The notes: generated by a model from the letters alone, not told the origin. Positions 46,645 to 56,303 are shown, numbered from the stretch's first letter. The stretch is DNA of 64,000 nt from Candidatus Faecousia excrementipullorum (GCA_018712825.1 DVGG01000056.1:4423-68422); one strand, 5' to 3'. Made by a program: numbers and translations.

Positions 46645-46684
46645 GAAAGGAACAGGCATCATTTGGGTCGTGCCTGTTCCTTTC
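46645..46684. other. 14-bp stem-loop downstream of the GNAT gene
   Basis: GAAAGGAACAGGCA-12 nt-TGCCTGTTCCTTTC. Confidence 0.5.
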
Positions 46685-46721
46685 TCTTCATCCTATTTTG
46701 CTTGAAAGCCCTCAGGGCTAT

Positions 46722-47219
46722 TCAGAGCGTTCTTTCATAGCATATTTCCTCAGTACCGAAGCAAGGCTTGACTTTCCCGTATGTGACAAATCCGCAGGAC
46801 TCATAGAATTTCCTCGCCCTGGTATTCTCCGTAAATACCCACAGCATGATTTTATGATAACCTGCTGCCTTTACATCTTCCAGTACTTTTTCCATCATCT
46901 TGGTGCCATAGCCTTTTCGCCACTTGTTCTGCAGGCTGTGAATGCAGATGAGCTCTGCATAATCCGGCATATCGTTGTCTCTGGCTTTATCCCAATATGC
47001 GATACAGTGAGGTGTCCCATCCACTTCCAGAATGTATCCGTTACCTTGCTTCTCCTCCAGTAACCACTGATACATGGCTGTGGCACGGGTGAGATCGGTT
47101 GCCTTCTTTAATACATCCGGTGAGAGAATATCCCCAAAAGCGGCTTTCCAACTTTCCGTTTGGATATAAGCCAAAGCTTTTTCGTCTCCTTGCCGTACCT
47201 TCCGAATGGAATGTTTCAT
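46722..47219 (-). CDS. GNAT-family N-acetyltransferase
   Basis: 165 aa. Acetyl-CoA motif region LQNKWRKGYGTKMMEKVLE. Confidence 0.85.
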   Translation of the reverse strand: MKHSIRKVRQGDEKALAYIQTESWKAAFGDILSPDVLKKATDLTRATAMYQWLLEEKQGNGYILEVDGTPHCIAYWDKARDNDMPDYAELICIHSLQNKWRKGYGTKMMEKVLEDVKAAGYHKIMLWVFTENTRARKFYESCGFVTYGKVKPCFGTEEICYERTL

Positions 47220-47296
47220 ACTGCTGCCACCTCCTGATGGGAATAAACAACTGACGGCATTCAGACAAAGCCAAATGCAGTCAGAGAGATATTACA

Positions 47297-47899
47297 TTAT
47301 TTGCTTGCCAGATTTACGAGAATGTCCACACAAGTTTCAATGCCCAGCTTGCTGCTGTTGAGGCAGATATCGTAGTTCTGGGCGGTGCCCCAGGTGCGGC
47401 CTGTGTAGTGCTGGTAGTTTACCCGGCGGCGCTTATCCTTTTCCTGCAACCGGGCTTCCGGGCTCTTTTCAGACTCTCCGTACAGACGTACAATCCGTTC
47501 CGCACGATAGGCCATATCCGCATGGATGAAAGCATGGAGGGCATCCGGACGATCCTTTAGAATGTAGTCGGCATTCCTGCCCACAATGACGCAGGGGCCT
47601 TTGTCCGCCAGCTGCAAAATCACATTGCACTGAATGTTCCACAGAAAATCTGCGGCAGACATTCCGTTCATTACTCCGGGGACACCCTGAGGGGCAAATG
47701 CGTAGGAAAGAAAACTCTTTCCGGGGGAATGTTCCCCGTGTTCTTCTACAAATTGGGGGGCGAAGCCGGACTCCACAGCAATCTGGTCTACCAGCTCCTT
47801 GTCATAGAAGGGGATACCCAGTTTTTGCGCAACCTCCCGGCCAATGCTGCGGCCGCCGCTGCCGAATTCACGGCTGATGGTAATAATCTTTTTCTCCAT
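47297..47899 (-). CDS. Cytidylate-kinase-like family protein
   Basis: IITISREFGSGGRSIGREVAQKLGIPFYDKEL is the hallmark N-terminus of this family. Confidence 0.8.
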   Translation of the reverse strand: MEKKIITISREFGSGGRSIGREVAQKLGIPFYDKELVDQIAVESGFAPQFVEEHGEHSPGKSFLSYAFAPQGVPGVMNGMSAADFLWNIQCNVILQLADKGPCVIVGRNADYILKDRPDALHAFIHADMAYRAERIVRLYGESEKSPEARLQEKDKRRRVNYQHYTGRTWGTAQNYDICLNSSKLGIETCVDILVNLASK

Positions 47900-47979
47900 A
47901 TTTAGGGCCTCCTTTTTGCATCAGAATCTGATACTATTATTATAACAACCCGGGAGAAAAAGTCAAATGCAAAGGTTGC

Positions 47980-48813
47980 TCAGGGCTTGAAGTAACCCAA
48001 ACAAACCAGATGGGGACCGGTATGGGTTCCCACGGTACTGCCAACAATACCTCTTTTGACCATGCTCCATTTCAGATCGGCAGTTTCCAGGAACGCGGTC
48101 AGATCGGCCTCGTCTGTGCCGGTATGGGCAATCATGGCAGGCATGGCGGCATCCATCGGTGTTTCTGTCAGCAGCTTGTTCAGTGCGGAGTGGGCAGCTT
48201 TTACGCCTCTGGCTTTTCCAATCACCTGCAAAACGCCGTCTCTGACGGTCAGAACAGGGCGGATTCCCAGCAGGGTCCCTGCTGCTCCGGCGGCCTTGGA
48301 GAGCCGTCCACCCTTTACCAGATAATCCAGAGTGTTCACAATACCATAAACGGTAAGGCGGGTCTTGGCGTTTTCGATTTCCTCAGCCAGTCTTTTGGCG
48401 TTGTAGCCTTTTTCCCGGAGCTGCAGGGCATAGTCCAGCAGCAGCCGCTGGCCGATGGTAACGGAAAGGGTATCCACCACCCATATGCAGTCAGCGTAAT
48501 CCTGAGCGATGGCTTTTGCACTCTGGTAGGTGCCGGACAGGGCAGAGGAGATGCATAGCACCACAGCTTCGTCTCCTGCGTCCTTCACCTCCTGGAAGGC
48601 TTTTTCAAATTCATAGGGAGCAGGCTGGCTGGTGGTGGGAAGTTCCTTGCAGGAGGCCAGCTTGTTGTAGAATTCCTCCTGGGTAATGGTTACACCGCTT
48701 AAATACTCCTGCTCTCCAAAGTTGATGGGAATGGGAATCAGCTTGACACCCAGTGCCTTGGCCTCTTCCAGTGTGAGATCAGATGCGCTGTCAATAATCA
48801 GTTGAACTGCCAT
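47980..48813 (-). CDS. DegV-family fatty-acid-binding protein
   Basis: Start MAVQLIIDSASDL at 48813 after GGAGGA. SSALSGTYQSA motif. Confidence 0.9.
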   Translation of the reverse strand: MAVQLIIDSASDLTLEEAKALGVKLIPIPINFGEQEYLSGVTITQEEFYNKLASCKELPTTSQPAPYEFEKAFQEVKDAGDEAVVLCISSALSGTYQSAKAIAQDYADCIWVVDTLSVTIGQRLLLDYALQLREKGYNAKRLAEEIENAKTRLTVYGIVNTLDYLVKGGRLSKAAGAAGTLLGIRPVLTVRDGVLQVIGKARGVKAAHSALNKLLTETPMDAAMPAMIAHTGTDEADLTAFLETADLKWSMVKRGIVGSTVGTHTGPHLVCLGYFKP

Positions 48814-48823
48814 AAATCCTCCA

Positions 48824-49270
48824 TTATTCCTGCGCCAGCATATCAAATCGCTGCTGGAGCGTGGCAAGTGTCCGGTAAAAGACGATTAAATCCTCCATTG
48901 GAATTCCTTCATTTACCGTGTTTTGAATTTCCATAGACGTATTGCGGATGAAGTCAGAAATCTCCCAGCCGGAGGGAGTCAGAACCAATTTCTTACCGTG
49001 GCGCTGATTTTCCTGGTCTTGTCGGTAGGCCACATGTCCCATATCAATCAACTCCCGGATTTCCCGGCTGACCAGAGACCGGTTGGACTGGCTGTGCCGG
49101 GACAGCTCGGCAGAACTAAGTCCTTCCGGATGCTTTCTGAGCAGATATACCCAGAAAATGTGGACAGACTTCAGTCCCAATTTCTCGTTCCATTTCGCTT
49201 TCAGTTTCTGAATATCCCAATAAATTCCGCTGATGTGATTGGCAAAAGTTTCAAAGCGTTCTGTTTCCAA
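48824..49270 (-). CDS. MarR-family transcriptional regulator
   Basis: TTG start 6 nt after GAGGTG. Winged HTH LSSAELSRHSQSNRSLVSREIRELIDMGHV. Located 10 nt upstream of degV. Confidence 0.85.
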   Translation of the reverse strand: METERFETFANHISGIYWDIQKLKAKWNEKLGLKSVHIFWVYLLRKHPEGLSSAELSRHSQSNRSLVSREIRELIDMGHVAYRQDQENQRHGKKLVLTPSGWEISDFIRNTSMEIQNTVNEGIPMEDLIVFYRTLATLQQRFDMLAQE

Positions 49271-49340
49271 ATGCTACACCTCATTTCGTCGGAGACACTC
49301 TATCATAAAAATGTTCACTTGTCAACAATAAATTCTAAAT

Positions 49341-49380
49341 GAAATGCCCACAGCTCATCTGTAAGAGCTGTGGGCATAAA
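49341..49380 (-). terminator. Terminator after the beta-propeller gene
   Basis: 13-bp stem ATGCCCACAGCTC / GAGCTGTGGGCAT followed by a T-rich tail on the minus strand. Confidence 0.7.
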
Positions 49381-49381
49381 T

Positions 49382-51334
49382 TCAACTGATTTTGATGCCG
49401 CACACCAGGCCGCCCCGGGTACCGATCACAATGGTATCGCCATATACAATGGGAGAGGCCTCAATGTTGGAGCCCAGATTCACATAGTCCAGAACCTCTC
49501 CGGTTTTGCCATCCAGCAGAATGACGTTGCCGGTGGAATCACACATCACCAGATAGCCCTTGCCATCTTCGGTGTAGACACCCACGGGAGAGCTCCAGGC
49601 GTAGGCGTTCATGTAGTGATCCCAGAGAATTTCTCCGGTGGTGGCGTCCAGCGCCACCAGATTTCCGTCATAGAAGCCGTCGGTTCGGGCTACGGGGTAG
49701 AAAATCATATTTTCCAAATCCGTTCCTTCCCGGCCAAGAACCGGGGAACCCTGCACACCGCCGGACAAATCCGGGATGGTATGGCAGGAGAAGGGAACCT
49801 CCCATACAATCTCGCCGGTATTGGCGTTGATTTTGTAGATGGAAATGGTGCCCTCACTGTTGCTTTGGCTCCAATGGAGGGACGGGGCAGAGTAGAGGTA
49901 TCCATTGCCGTCTTCCTCCCAGCGGAAAACAGGAGAGGAATTGGAGTCGTCTTTGGTATCCTGAGCCCAGACAACTTCCAGCGTATTCAAATCAATGCAG
50001 TAGAACATTCCGGTGTTATCCGACAGGTACATATACTTGCCAATACCAACGGCACTGGTCTCAAATCCAGCCCAGCGGCTGCCGGAGCGGATGTCATCGG
50101 TGGTGATTTTCAGACGCACCGGCTCATCAGGAGTCATGGTGAGGGTGCCGGCCTGGGCATCGTAGGAGGTATTGAGCTTGAAGGAGTAGATAATGCCATT
50201 TTCGCCGGGCCAGATCAGGGTATCGGCGTTGCCGTCAATCAGAGGCGTTCCGTCATAGGCTGTCCAACCCCGGGGAGCGTAGGAGTCGTAGCCGCCCTTG
50301 GAGTAGAGCACGGAGCAATCAATCAGACTGACCATATACATCTTGGGGACGGTGCCGTTATAGGTGATGCCGGAACCCACATAGAGAATGGGATACCCTC
50401 TGGGGTCCAGACAGCCGGAGCCCTTGAAATTCATTCCCAGGTACAAAGGATCGCGGGTGTAAGAGCCATCCTCCAGATCATAGAAGTAGATATTGCCGTC
50501 CAGGGTGGCATGGATAACCTCCACCAAATCTTCCTTTGCTTTTTTCTCGGGATAGAGGTTCATGTTTTGCTTGGTCTGCTCGTCCCAGCGGGCTACCAGG
50601 GGCTGACCAGTCCAGCCGCTGCCGGGCCAGTCGTTCAGGCTGCCGATGTTGCGGCTCCAGATTTTCTCCAAAGATTTGCTTTCCACGTTGACAGTACCAA
50701 AGGCGGCGTCATTACGGAAATTGTTGCCCCGGAAGGAGCTGACGCCATCGAAGGGGAAATAATCCTCGGGCTTACCAAAGTTGATGCTTTCCTCTCTCTG
50801 GTAGCTGTCTACCACCTGTCCGTCCACAATAATTTCCGTCTCAATTCCCCAGTTTGCCGGGTCAGAGAGTTCGGTGTACGCCGGGTTTACCGTAGGCTCC
50901 GGCTCCGTAGGCGCCTCGGTGGGCGCTTCTGTGGTAGCTTCTGTCTCCGGCTGGGTGGTAGGCTGGGTTGTATCAGAGGAGGGCTGGGTTGCTTGGGTGC
51001 TCTGCGCCTCCAGATAGCTCTCCTCTGTGCTTCTGAACTGCAGGAAGCACCATGCTGAGCAGCCAAACACCAGCAGGGTACAGACATAGAGCATAACCAA
51101 AAGGCCGGTCAGGCGCTTCTTCCCGGTTTTCTTTCCGCTGTTTACCACATAAATTACGGTAAACAGAACGCACAGAAAAGCAAGAACAGCTGCAATGGCA
51201 AAAAGCGCAACCAAAGCAGGCCGCATGGTTTCCAGCTGCTGCGCCAGGGTTTCTGCCTGAGAAGCTGCCGCAACAGGAATGCTGAGGCTGACCGAGAGAA
51301 GCAGACACAGCATTGCAGGAAGTATTTTCTTCAT
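49382..51334 (-). CDS. PQQ-like (BamB-type) beta-propeller repeat protein with N-terminal membrane segments
   Basis: Start MKKILPAMLCLLLSVSLSIPVAAA at 51334. Two further hydrophobic segments, a T/P/E-rich linker, then repeated propeller blades (GxxxWxxxx, for example TGEIVWEV, TGEILWDH, TGEVLDYV). Confidence 0.8.
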   Translation of the reverse strand: MKKILPAMLCLLLSVSLSIPVAAASQAETLAQQLETMRPALVALFAIAAVLAFLCVLFTVIYVVNSGKKTGKKRLTGLLVMLYVCTLLVFGCSAWCFLQFRSTEESYLEAQSTQATQPSSDTTQPTTQPETEATTEAPTEAPTEPEPTVNPAYTELSDPANWGIETEIIVDGQVVDSYQREESINFGKPEDYFPFDGVSSFRGNNFRNDAAFGTVNVESKSLEKIWSRNIGSLNDWPGSGWTGQPLVARWDEQTKQNMNLYPEKKAKEDLVEVIHATLDGNIYFYDLEDGSYTRDPLYLGMNFKGSGCLDPRGYPILYVGSGITYNGTVPKMYMVSLIDCSVLYSKGGYDSYAPRGWTAYDGTPLIDGNADTLIWPGENGIIYSFKLNTSYDAQAGTLTMTPDEPVRLKITTDDIRSGSRWAGFETSAVGIGKYMYLSDNTGMFYCIDLNTLEVVWAQDTKDDSNSSPVFRWEEDGNGYLYSAPSLHWSQSNSEGTISIYKINANTGEIVWEVPFSCHTIPDLSGGVQGSPVLGREGTDLENMIFYPVARTDGFYDGNLVALDATTGEILWDHYMNAYAWSSPVGVYTEDGKGYLVMCDSTGNVILLDGKTGEVLDYVNLGSNIEASPIVYGDTIVIGTRGGLVCGIKIS

Positions 51335-51439
51335 TCGTAAAACCTCCGTTCCGGTGGAACATAATAGTTGTGCCCACATTATAGCACTTATACCTCCTTG
51401 CCGCAAGGACTATTCCGCAGAAATAACCGGAAAAGCAGA

Positions 51440-51468
51440 TTGACAAGGAGAAAAAAAGCGTGTATACT
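51440..51468 (+). promoter_or_regulatory. Sigma-A promoter of the glyA leader
   Basis: TTGACA-17 nt-TATACT. Confidence 0.6.
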
Positions 51469-51489
51469 GTGTTTGTAATGAAATAGACC

Positions 51490-51665
51490 CTATGATTCTG
51501 TCGGAAGCAATGGCGACCGGCAGGTGAGGACTCTCTGGAGAACACATTGAATTGTGTGCCGAAGGTGCAAGGCTAAGGCCGAATCTCTCAGGCAAACGGA
51601 CGGAGATGCTGTAATGACAGTGTGGAAGTGGAGGCAGTCCTTTTATAGGGGCTGCCTGTTTTGTT
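51490..51665 (+). promoter_or_regulatory. Glycine riboswitch (single aptamer with 5' hairpin) plus terminator
   Basis: The aptamer (51532-51606) reads CTCTGGAGAACAC...GTGTGCCGAAGGTGCAAGGC...GCCGAATCTCTCAGGCAAACGGACGGAGA. This matches the conserved CUCUGGAGA / GCCGAAGGnGCAA / CUCUCAGGCAAAnGGAC blocks. Terminator GGCAGTCC/GGGCTGCC plus TGTTTTGTT lies at 51632-51665. Confidence 0.85.
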
Positions 51666-51693
51666 GCAAATTTAACAACGAGGGAGAATAACT

Positions 51694-52947
51694 ATGTACG
51701 GAAAACCCATTGATTCTATTGGCTTTGTATCCCACTTCGACCCTGAGCTTTCCCGGATGATGGAACGGGAACTGCACCGTCAGCAGGATGGCCTGGAGCT
51801 GATTGCCTCCGAAAATTTTGCCTCCCCCGCTGTTATTGCTGCCATGGGCTCTATTCTCACCAACAAGTATGCAGAAGGCCTGCCCGGTAAGCGTTACTAC
51901 GGCGGCTGCCAATATGTTGATGAGATTGAGAGCCTGTGCATCCAGAGAGCAAAGGATTTGTTTGGCGCTGAGTTTGCCAATGTGCAGCCCCACTCCGGTG
52001 CCCAGGCCAATGCAGCCGTACAGCTGGCGCTGCTTCAGCCGGGTGATACCATGATGGGTATGAGCCTGGCCAATGGCGGACATCTGTCCCACGGCAGCCC
52101 CGCAAATATTTCCGGCAAATACTATCATGTGGTTTCCTATGACGTAAACCATGAGACCGGCCTGATTGACTATGATGAAATTCGGGATCTGGCCAGGAAG
52201 AACCAGCCGAAGCTGATTATTGCCGGTGCCTCTGCCTATCCCAGAGCTATTGATTTCAAGATTTTTGCGGACATCGCCCATGAGGTTGGTGCAGTGCTGA
52301 TGGTGGATATGGCCCACATTGCCGGTCTGGTGGCAGGCGGTGCTCACCAAAGCCCGGTGCCCTATGCAGATATCGTCACCACTACCACCCACAAGACTCT
52401 GCGGGGTCCCAGAGGCGGTTTGATTCTAGCCAAGGAGGAATTTGCCAAGAAGCTGAATTCCGCCGTTTTCCCCGGCACCCAGGGCGGCCCTCTGGAGCAT
52501 GTAATCGCCGCCAAGGCTGTGTGCCTGAAAGAGGCTATGGAGCCTGCCTTCAAGACCTATGCCCGGAATGTGGTGGAAAATGCCAAAGTTATGGCGGATG
52601 CGCTGCTGGAGGAGGGCTTTGACCTGGTCACCGGCGGCACGGACAATCACCTGATGCTGGCAGACCTGCGGCCCATGCACATTACCGGCAAGGAGCTGCA
52701 GGCCCGGCTGGACGAGAACCATATCACCCTCAACAAGAACGCCATTCCCGGCGACCCGGAAAAGCCTTCCATCACCAGCGGCGTCCGCATCGGTACGGCA
52801 GCTGTTACCACCCGGGGGCTGGGAACCGAGGAGATGAAGCAGATTGCCCACTGCATCGCCCTGACAGCCAGAGACTTTGCCGGCACTTCTGCCGCCGTGA
52901 AGCAGACCGTTGCAGAGATCTGCGAAAAATACCCTTTGTATCGCTGA
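51694..52947 (+). CDS. glyA: Serine hydroxymethyltransferase
   Basis: [18 protein letters not shown]-lysine motif. The full-length 417 aa is typical for SHMT. Confidence 0.97.
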   Translation: MYGKPIDSIGFVSHFDPELSRMMERELHRQQDGLELIASENFASPAVIAAMGSILTNKYAEGLPGKRYYGGCQYVDEIESLCIQRAKDLFGAEFANVQPHSGAQANAAVQLALLQPGDTMMGMSLANGGHLSHGSPANISGKYYHVVSYDVNHETGLIDYDEIRDLARKNQPKLIIAGASAYPRAIDFKIFADIAHEVGAVLMVDMAHIAGLVAGGAHQSPVPYADIVTTTTHKTLRGPRGGLILAKEEFAKKLNSAVFPGTQGGPLEHVIAAKAVCLKEAMEPAFKTYARNVVENAKVMADALLEEGFDLVTGGTDNHLMLADLRPMHITGKELQARLDENHITLNKNAIPGDPEKPSITSGVRIGTAAVTTRGLGTEEMKQIAHCIALTARDFAGTSAAVKQTVAEICEKYPLYR

Positions 52948-52952
52948 CACCC

Positions 52953-52984
52953 AAAAACCACCTGCACCGGCAGGTGGTTTTTTC
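52953..52984 (+). terminator. Intrinsic terminator after glyA
   Basis: CCACCTGC-accg-GCAGGTGG followed by TTTTTT. Confidence 0.85.
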
Positions 52985-53044
52985 TTGACAGAAGGGCGGG
53001 GGCATGATAGCCTCTAAGTAGCTTTGGATAAAGAGGTTGGAAGC

Positions 53045-53851
53045 ATGAAGAAAACGGAGCTTTTGAAAAGCATTCGGCTGTATCTGTTTGATATGGACGG
53101 CACCTTGTACCTGGGAGACAGGCTTTTTGATTTTACCCGGGAGCTGCTGGATACTCTGAAGGCAACAGGCAGACGGTATTTATTTATGACCAACAATTCC
53201 TCCAAAAGCGTGGAGGATTACATAAAAAAGCTTGAAAAGTTGGGGATTCCGGCAGATAAGGAGGATTTTATCACCTCCTCCCAGGCAACGGCCTGGTATC
53301 TGCAAAAGCACCATCCGGGAAAGACCCTTTATGTGTGCGGTACCCGCTCCCTGCAGCAGGAGCTGCAGCAGGCAGGGTTTACCGTCACGGAGGACGTGGA
53401 CAAAACCCAGTGCATTGTAATGGGCTTTGATACGGAACTGACTTTCCGGAAGCTGCACGATGTTTGCTATCTTTTGTCCACCAGAAGAGATATTCCTTAC
53501 ATTGCCACCAATCCGGATTATGTGTGCCCTACGGAATTTGGCAGCGTGCCGGACTGCGGCAGTGTCTGTGATATGGTGTTCAACGCCACAGGAAAGCGTC
53601 CGGTGGTGATTGGAAAACCCTCGCCTTTGATGCCGGAACTGGCTATGGAGAGGACCGGGTTCTCAAAAGGGGAGACAGCTGTGGTGGGCGACAGAATCTA
53701 TACGGATGTCAAGTCTGGTCTAAATGCTGGAATTGCCGGTATTCTGGTCATGAGCGGGGAAACCACCCGGGAGATTCTGGAGGCTTCCTCTGACAAGCCG
53801 GATTTGGTGCTAGAGGATGCTTCCGAAATCATGATGGCTGTAAGAGAATAG
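53045..53851 (+). CDS. HAD-IIA family hydrolase (NagD-like sugar phosphatase)
   Basis: ATG 53045 after AAGAGGTTGGAAGC. LFDMDGTLY, FMTNNSS and GDRIYTD motifs. Confidence 0.85.
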   Translation: MKKTELLKSIRLYLFDMDGTLYLGDRLFDFTRELLDTLKATGRRYLFMTNNSSKSVEDYIKKLEKLGIPADKEDFITSSQATAWYLQKHHPGKTLYVCGTRSLQQELQQAGFTVTEDVDKTQCIVMGFDTELTFRKLHDVCYLLSTRRDIPYIATNPDYVCPTEFGSVPDCGSVCDMVFNATGKRPVVIGKPSPLMPELAMERTGFSKGETAVVGDRIYTDVKSGLNAGIAGILVMSGETTREILEASSDKPDLVLEDASEIMMAVRE

Positions 53852-53853
53852 GA

Positions 53854-53881
53854 AAATCCGGAGCCGAAGCTCCGGGTTTGT
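53854..53881. terminator. Bidirectional hairpin terminator
   Basis: CCGGAGC-cgaa-GCTCCGG flanked by AAAAT and GTTTGTT. Confidence 0.65.
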
Positions 53882-55110
53882 TATGTGTGTTTGTGATTTT
53901 TTATGGTCATCCAGATTCTGACGCAAGTGGAAACCAGAAGAATGCCCACCGCCAAGGCACCGGCTACAGAAATGGTCTCCGAGCTTTTCATGGTAAAGTT
54001 GTCCATATCACCCACTGCAATAAAATTGGAGGCGTAGTAGATCCCGGCACCGGGAATCAAAGGGAATATGGACACAACCAGATAGGAGATTGCAGGATAC
54101 TTCCGGACTCTCGCCATGACTTCGGCATAAACAGCAGAGGCAATGCTGGCATACAGGCAGGACAGAAACAAAGAACAGCCAAGATACAGGGAGAAAGAGT
54201 AAACCGCGTAGCACAGCACACCTCCCAGGGCACACAGGTATCCGCCCGGTCCGTGAATGTTGAACAGGATGAAAAAGCCGGTACAGGCTACAAAAGTGGC
54301 GATTGCAACCACAAAAAAATTGTGAGACAAGGGGGCAGGCATGGAGGGGATGGCATAGAGGGTATTTGCTACGCCCCGCCCCAGTCCGGTACCCAGAGCA
54401 ATGGCGGCGGCAATCATAAAAACCTGGGCAATCCGGTTAATGCCGGAATTGGTATCCCCGAAGATAATGTCCCGCATTCCGTTGGTAAAGAGAAGCCCCG
54501 GCACCAGAATCATCAATGCACCGATGATGACCGCATCGGAGTTCCGGCAAATTCCCACACTTCCCATGAGGTAGGCAGGAACCGCCATGATAAATGCGGC
54601 GGAGATGGTGCTGAAGAAGGGATTTACATTCAGCTTTTCGCAAAGGCGGTTAATTAGTCCCACCAGAACACCGCAGAAACCGGAGCAGAGGGCATCCAGC
54701 ATATCGCCGCCGAAGAAAATGGCAAAGCCGCCTGCTCCCAGAAAGCAGCCCAGTAGAACAACCGGCAGGGAATAGACAACCCTGGCCCGGTCTACCTCTT
54801 CCAGCCACTTCATGGCAGTGGAGACCTCCGGTTTTTCCCGGCAAATTCTGCGGCACAGGTTATTGTATTTTTCCACGGAGTCCAGATCGTTGCCATGAAC
54901 GCCGATTCTCCGCATTCTTGTAATGGGTTTTCCCGTTTCCGTCAGAATACTGACGGTCACACAGTTGGGTATGGCAAAGGTTTCACTGGGAATTCCGTAG
55001 GCGGACAGAAGCCGATTGATACTCTCCTCCACCCGAAAGGTCTCAGCTCCGGACATGGCCAGCCGGTATCCCAGATCCGTAGCCAAATCCAGCAGCAAAT
55101 TATATTCCAT
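53881..55110 (-). CDS. Threonine/serine exporter family protein (fused ThrE DUF1212 + DUF3815 halves)
   Basis: Start MEYNLLLDLATDLGYRLAMSGAETFRVEESI at 55110 after AAGGAGAAAAGGGG. About 10 TM helices in the C-terminal two thirds. Confidence 0.82.
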   Translation of the reverse strand: MEYNLLLDLATDLGYRLAMSGAETFRVEESINRLLSAYGIPSETFAIPNCVTVSILTETGKPITRMRRIGVHGNDLDSVEKYNNLCRRICREKPEVSTAMKWLEEVDRARVVYSLPVVLLGCFLGAGGFAIFFGGDMLDALCSGFCGVLVGLINRLCEKLNVNPFFSTISAAFIMAVPAYLMGSVGICRNSDAVIIGALMILVPGLLFTNGMRDIIFGDTNSGINRIAQVFMIAAAIALGTGLGRGVANTLYAIPSMPAPLSHNFFVVAIATFVACTGFFILFNIHGPGGYLCALGGVLCYAVYSFSLYLGCSLFLSCLYASIASAVYAEVMARVRKYPAISYLVVSIFPLIPGAGIYYASNFIAVGDMDNFTMKSSETISVAGALAVGILLVSTCVRIWMTIKNHKHT

Positions 55111-55315
55111 AAAACTGCCCCTTTTCTCCTTGGATAACGCAGTCAGTATAGCATATTCACCGGGCTGATTGCAAGAGCTCCTTAAGAGAATGAACAGGGT
55201 ACGGAGAATTTTACCGGGATTCTCTCTTGTGAAAGAGGTGAGTTTGTGATATAATATACAAAAAGAAGGGGAGACGAACACCTCTTTTTGTATCGACAGA
55301 AAGGGAGACTGTAAT

Positions 55316-56242
55316 ATGCGAGAAGACTTCTATTTTGATTCCTGCGGAAAAGGAAGAATTCACTGCTGCCGGTGGCTGCCGGAGGGTGAAGTGAAAGGTG
55401 TTTTGCAGATTGTCCATGGGATTGCGGAACATGTCGGCAGATATACTGATTTTGCGGAATACATGAACGCCATGGGCTATCTTGTGGTGGCGGAGGATCA
55501 TATGGGGCATGGACGTTCCGTAGCTGCCGGACAGCCTTACGGCTATTTTTACGGCGGATGGTTCTCTGCGGTAAAGGACACGCATACGCTTTTAATGCTC
55601 ACGAAGAAGGAATATCCCAACGTGCCTTATTTCCTGCTGGGACATTCCATGGGCTCCTTTATGACAAGAACCCTTCTGGCCCGTTACCCGGACTGTGGTC
55701 TGACAGGCTGCATCCTGTCCGGCACCGGCGGTATGGCGCCGGTAGTCCTGAAAGCCGGGAAGAAGCTTTTGCAGCAGATTTGCCGCCGTCGGGATGAGAC
55801 CAAGCCCAATCCCAAACTCCAGAGAATGGCCTTTGGCACCTATAACATGCACATTGAACATCCCAGAACCCCCTTTGACTGGCTGACGAGAGATAAAAAG
55901 ATAGTGGATGCCTATATGGAGGACCCTCTGTGCGGCTTTGTAGCCAGCAGCGGCCTGTTCCGGGATATGATTACGGGAATGGACTATATGCAGGATAAAA
56001 AGAATCTTGCAAAAATGGACAAGAATCTGCCTGTCCTGTTCGTCTCCGGCAAGGAAGACCCGGTGGGAAGCTATGGAAAGGGCGTAGAGAAAGCGGCGTC
56101 CTCCTTCCGGGAGGCCGGGGTGATTCATGTGTCCTTCCGGCTGTACCCGCTGTGCCGCCACGAACTGCTCAACGAGATTAACAGATTGGAAATCTATAAG
56201 GACCTGGCGGAGTGGATTGCAGAAACCGCTGCTTCCAAATAG
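55316..56242 (+). CDS. Alpha/beta hydrolase (lysophospholipase/monoacylglycerol-lipase-like)
   Basis: HGIAEH oxyanion region, nucleophile elbow GHSMGS, and C-terminal H in CRHELLNE. Confidence 0.85.
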   Translation: MREDFYFDSCGKGRIHCCRWLPEGEVKGVLQIVHGIAEHVGRYTDFAEYMNAMGYLVVAEDHMGHGRSVAAGQPYGYFYGGWFSAVKDTHTLLMLTKKEYPNVPYFLLGHSMGSFMTRTLLARYPDCGLTGCILSGTGGMAPVVLKAGKKLLQQICRRRDETKPNPKLQRMAFGTYNMHIEHPRTPFDWLTRDKKIVDAYMEDPLCGFVASSGLFRDMITGMDYMQDKKNLAKMDKNLPVLFVSGKEDPVGSYGKGVEKAASSFREAGVIHVSFRLYPLCRHELLNEINRLEIYKDLAEWIAETAASK

Positions 56243-56303
56243 TCCAATTTATCGGACTATTCATCTGATAGAATACACCCATCAGAACAAAGGAGTGTTC
56301 AGG

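Noticed and set aside
50973-51545. 190-aa minus-strand ORF running through the glyA leader into the beta-propeller gene start.
   Set aside because: It overlaps a well-supported riboswitch and promoter on the other strand, and the propeller gene in another frame. It has no RBS.
55256-55293. Hairpin ATACAAAAAGAAGG...CCTCTTTTTGTAT upstream of the alpha/beta hydrolase gene, considered as an attenuator or riboswitch.
   Set aside because: Its 5' arm overlaps the predicted -10/TSS (TGaTATAAT at 55247-55255), so most of the stem would not be transcribed. No conserved riboswitch blocks were recognised.
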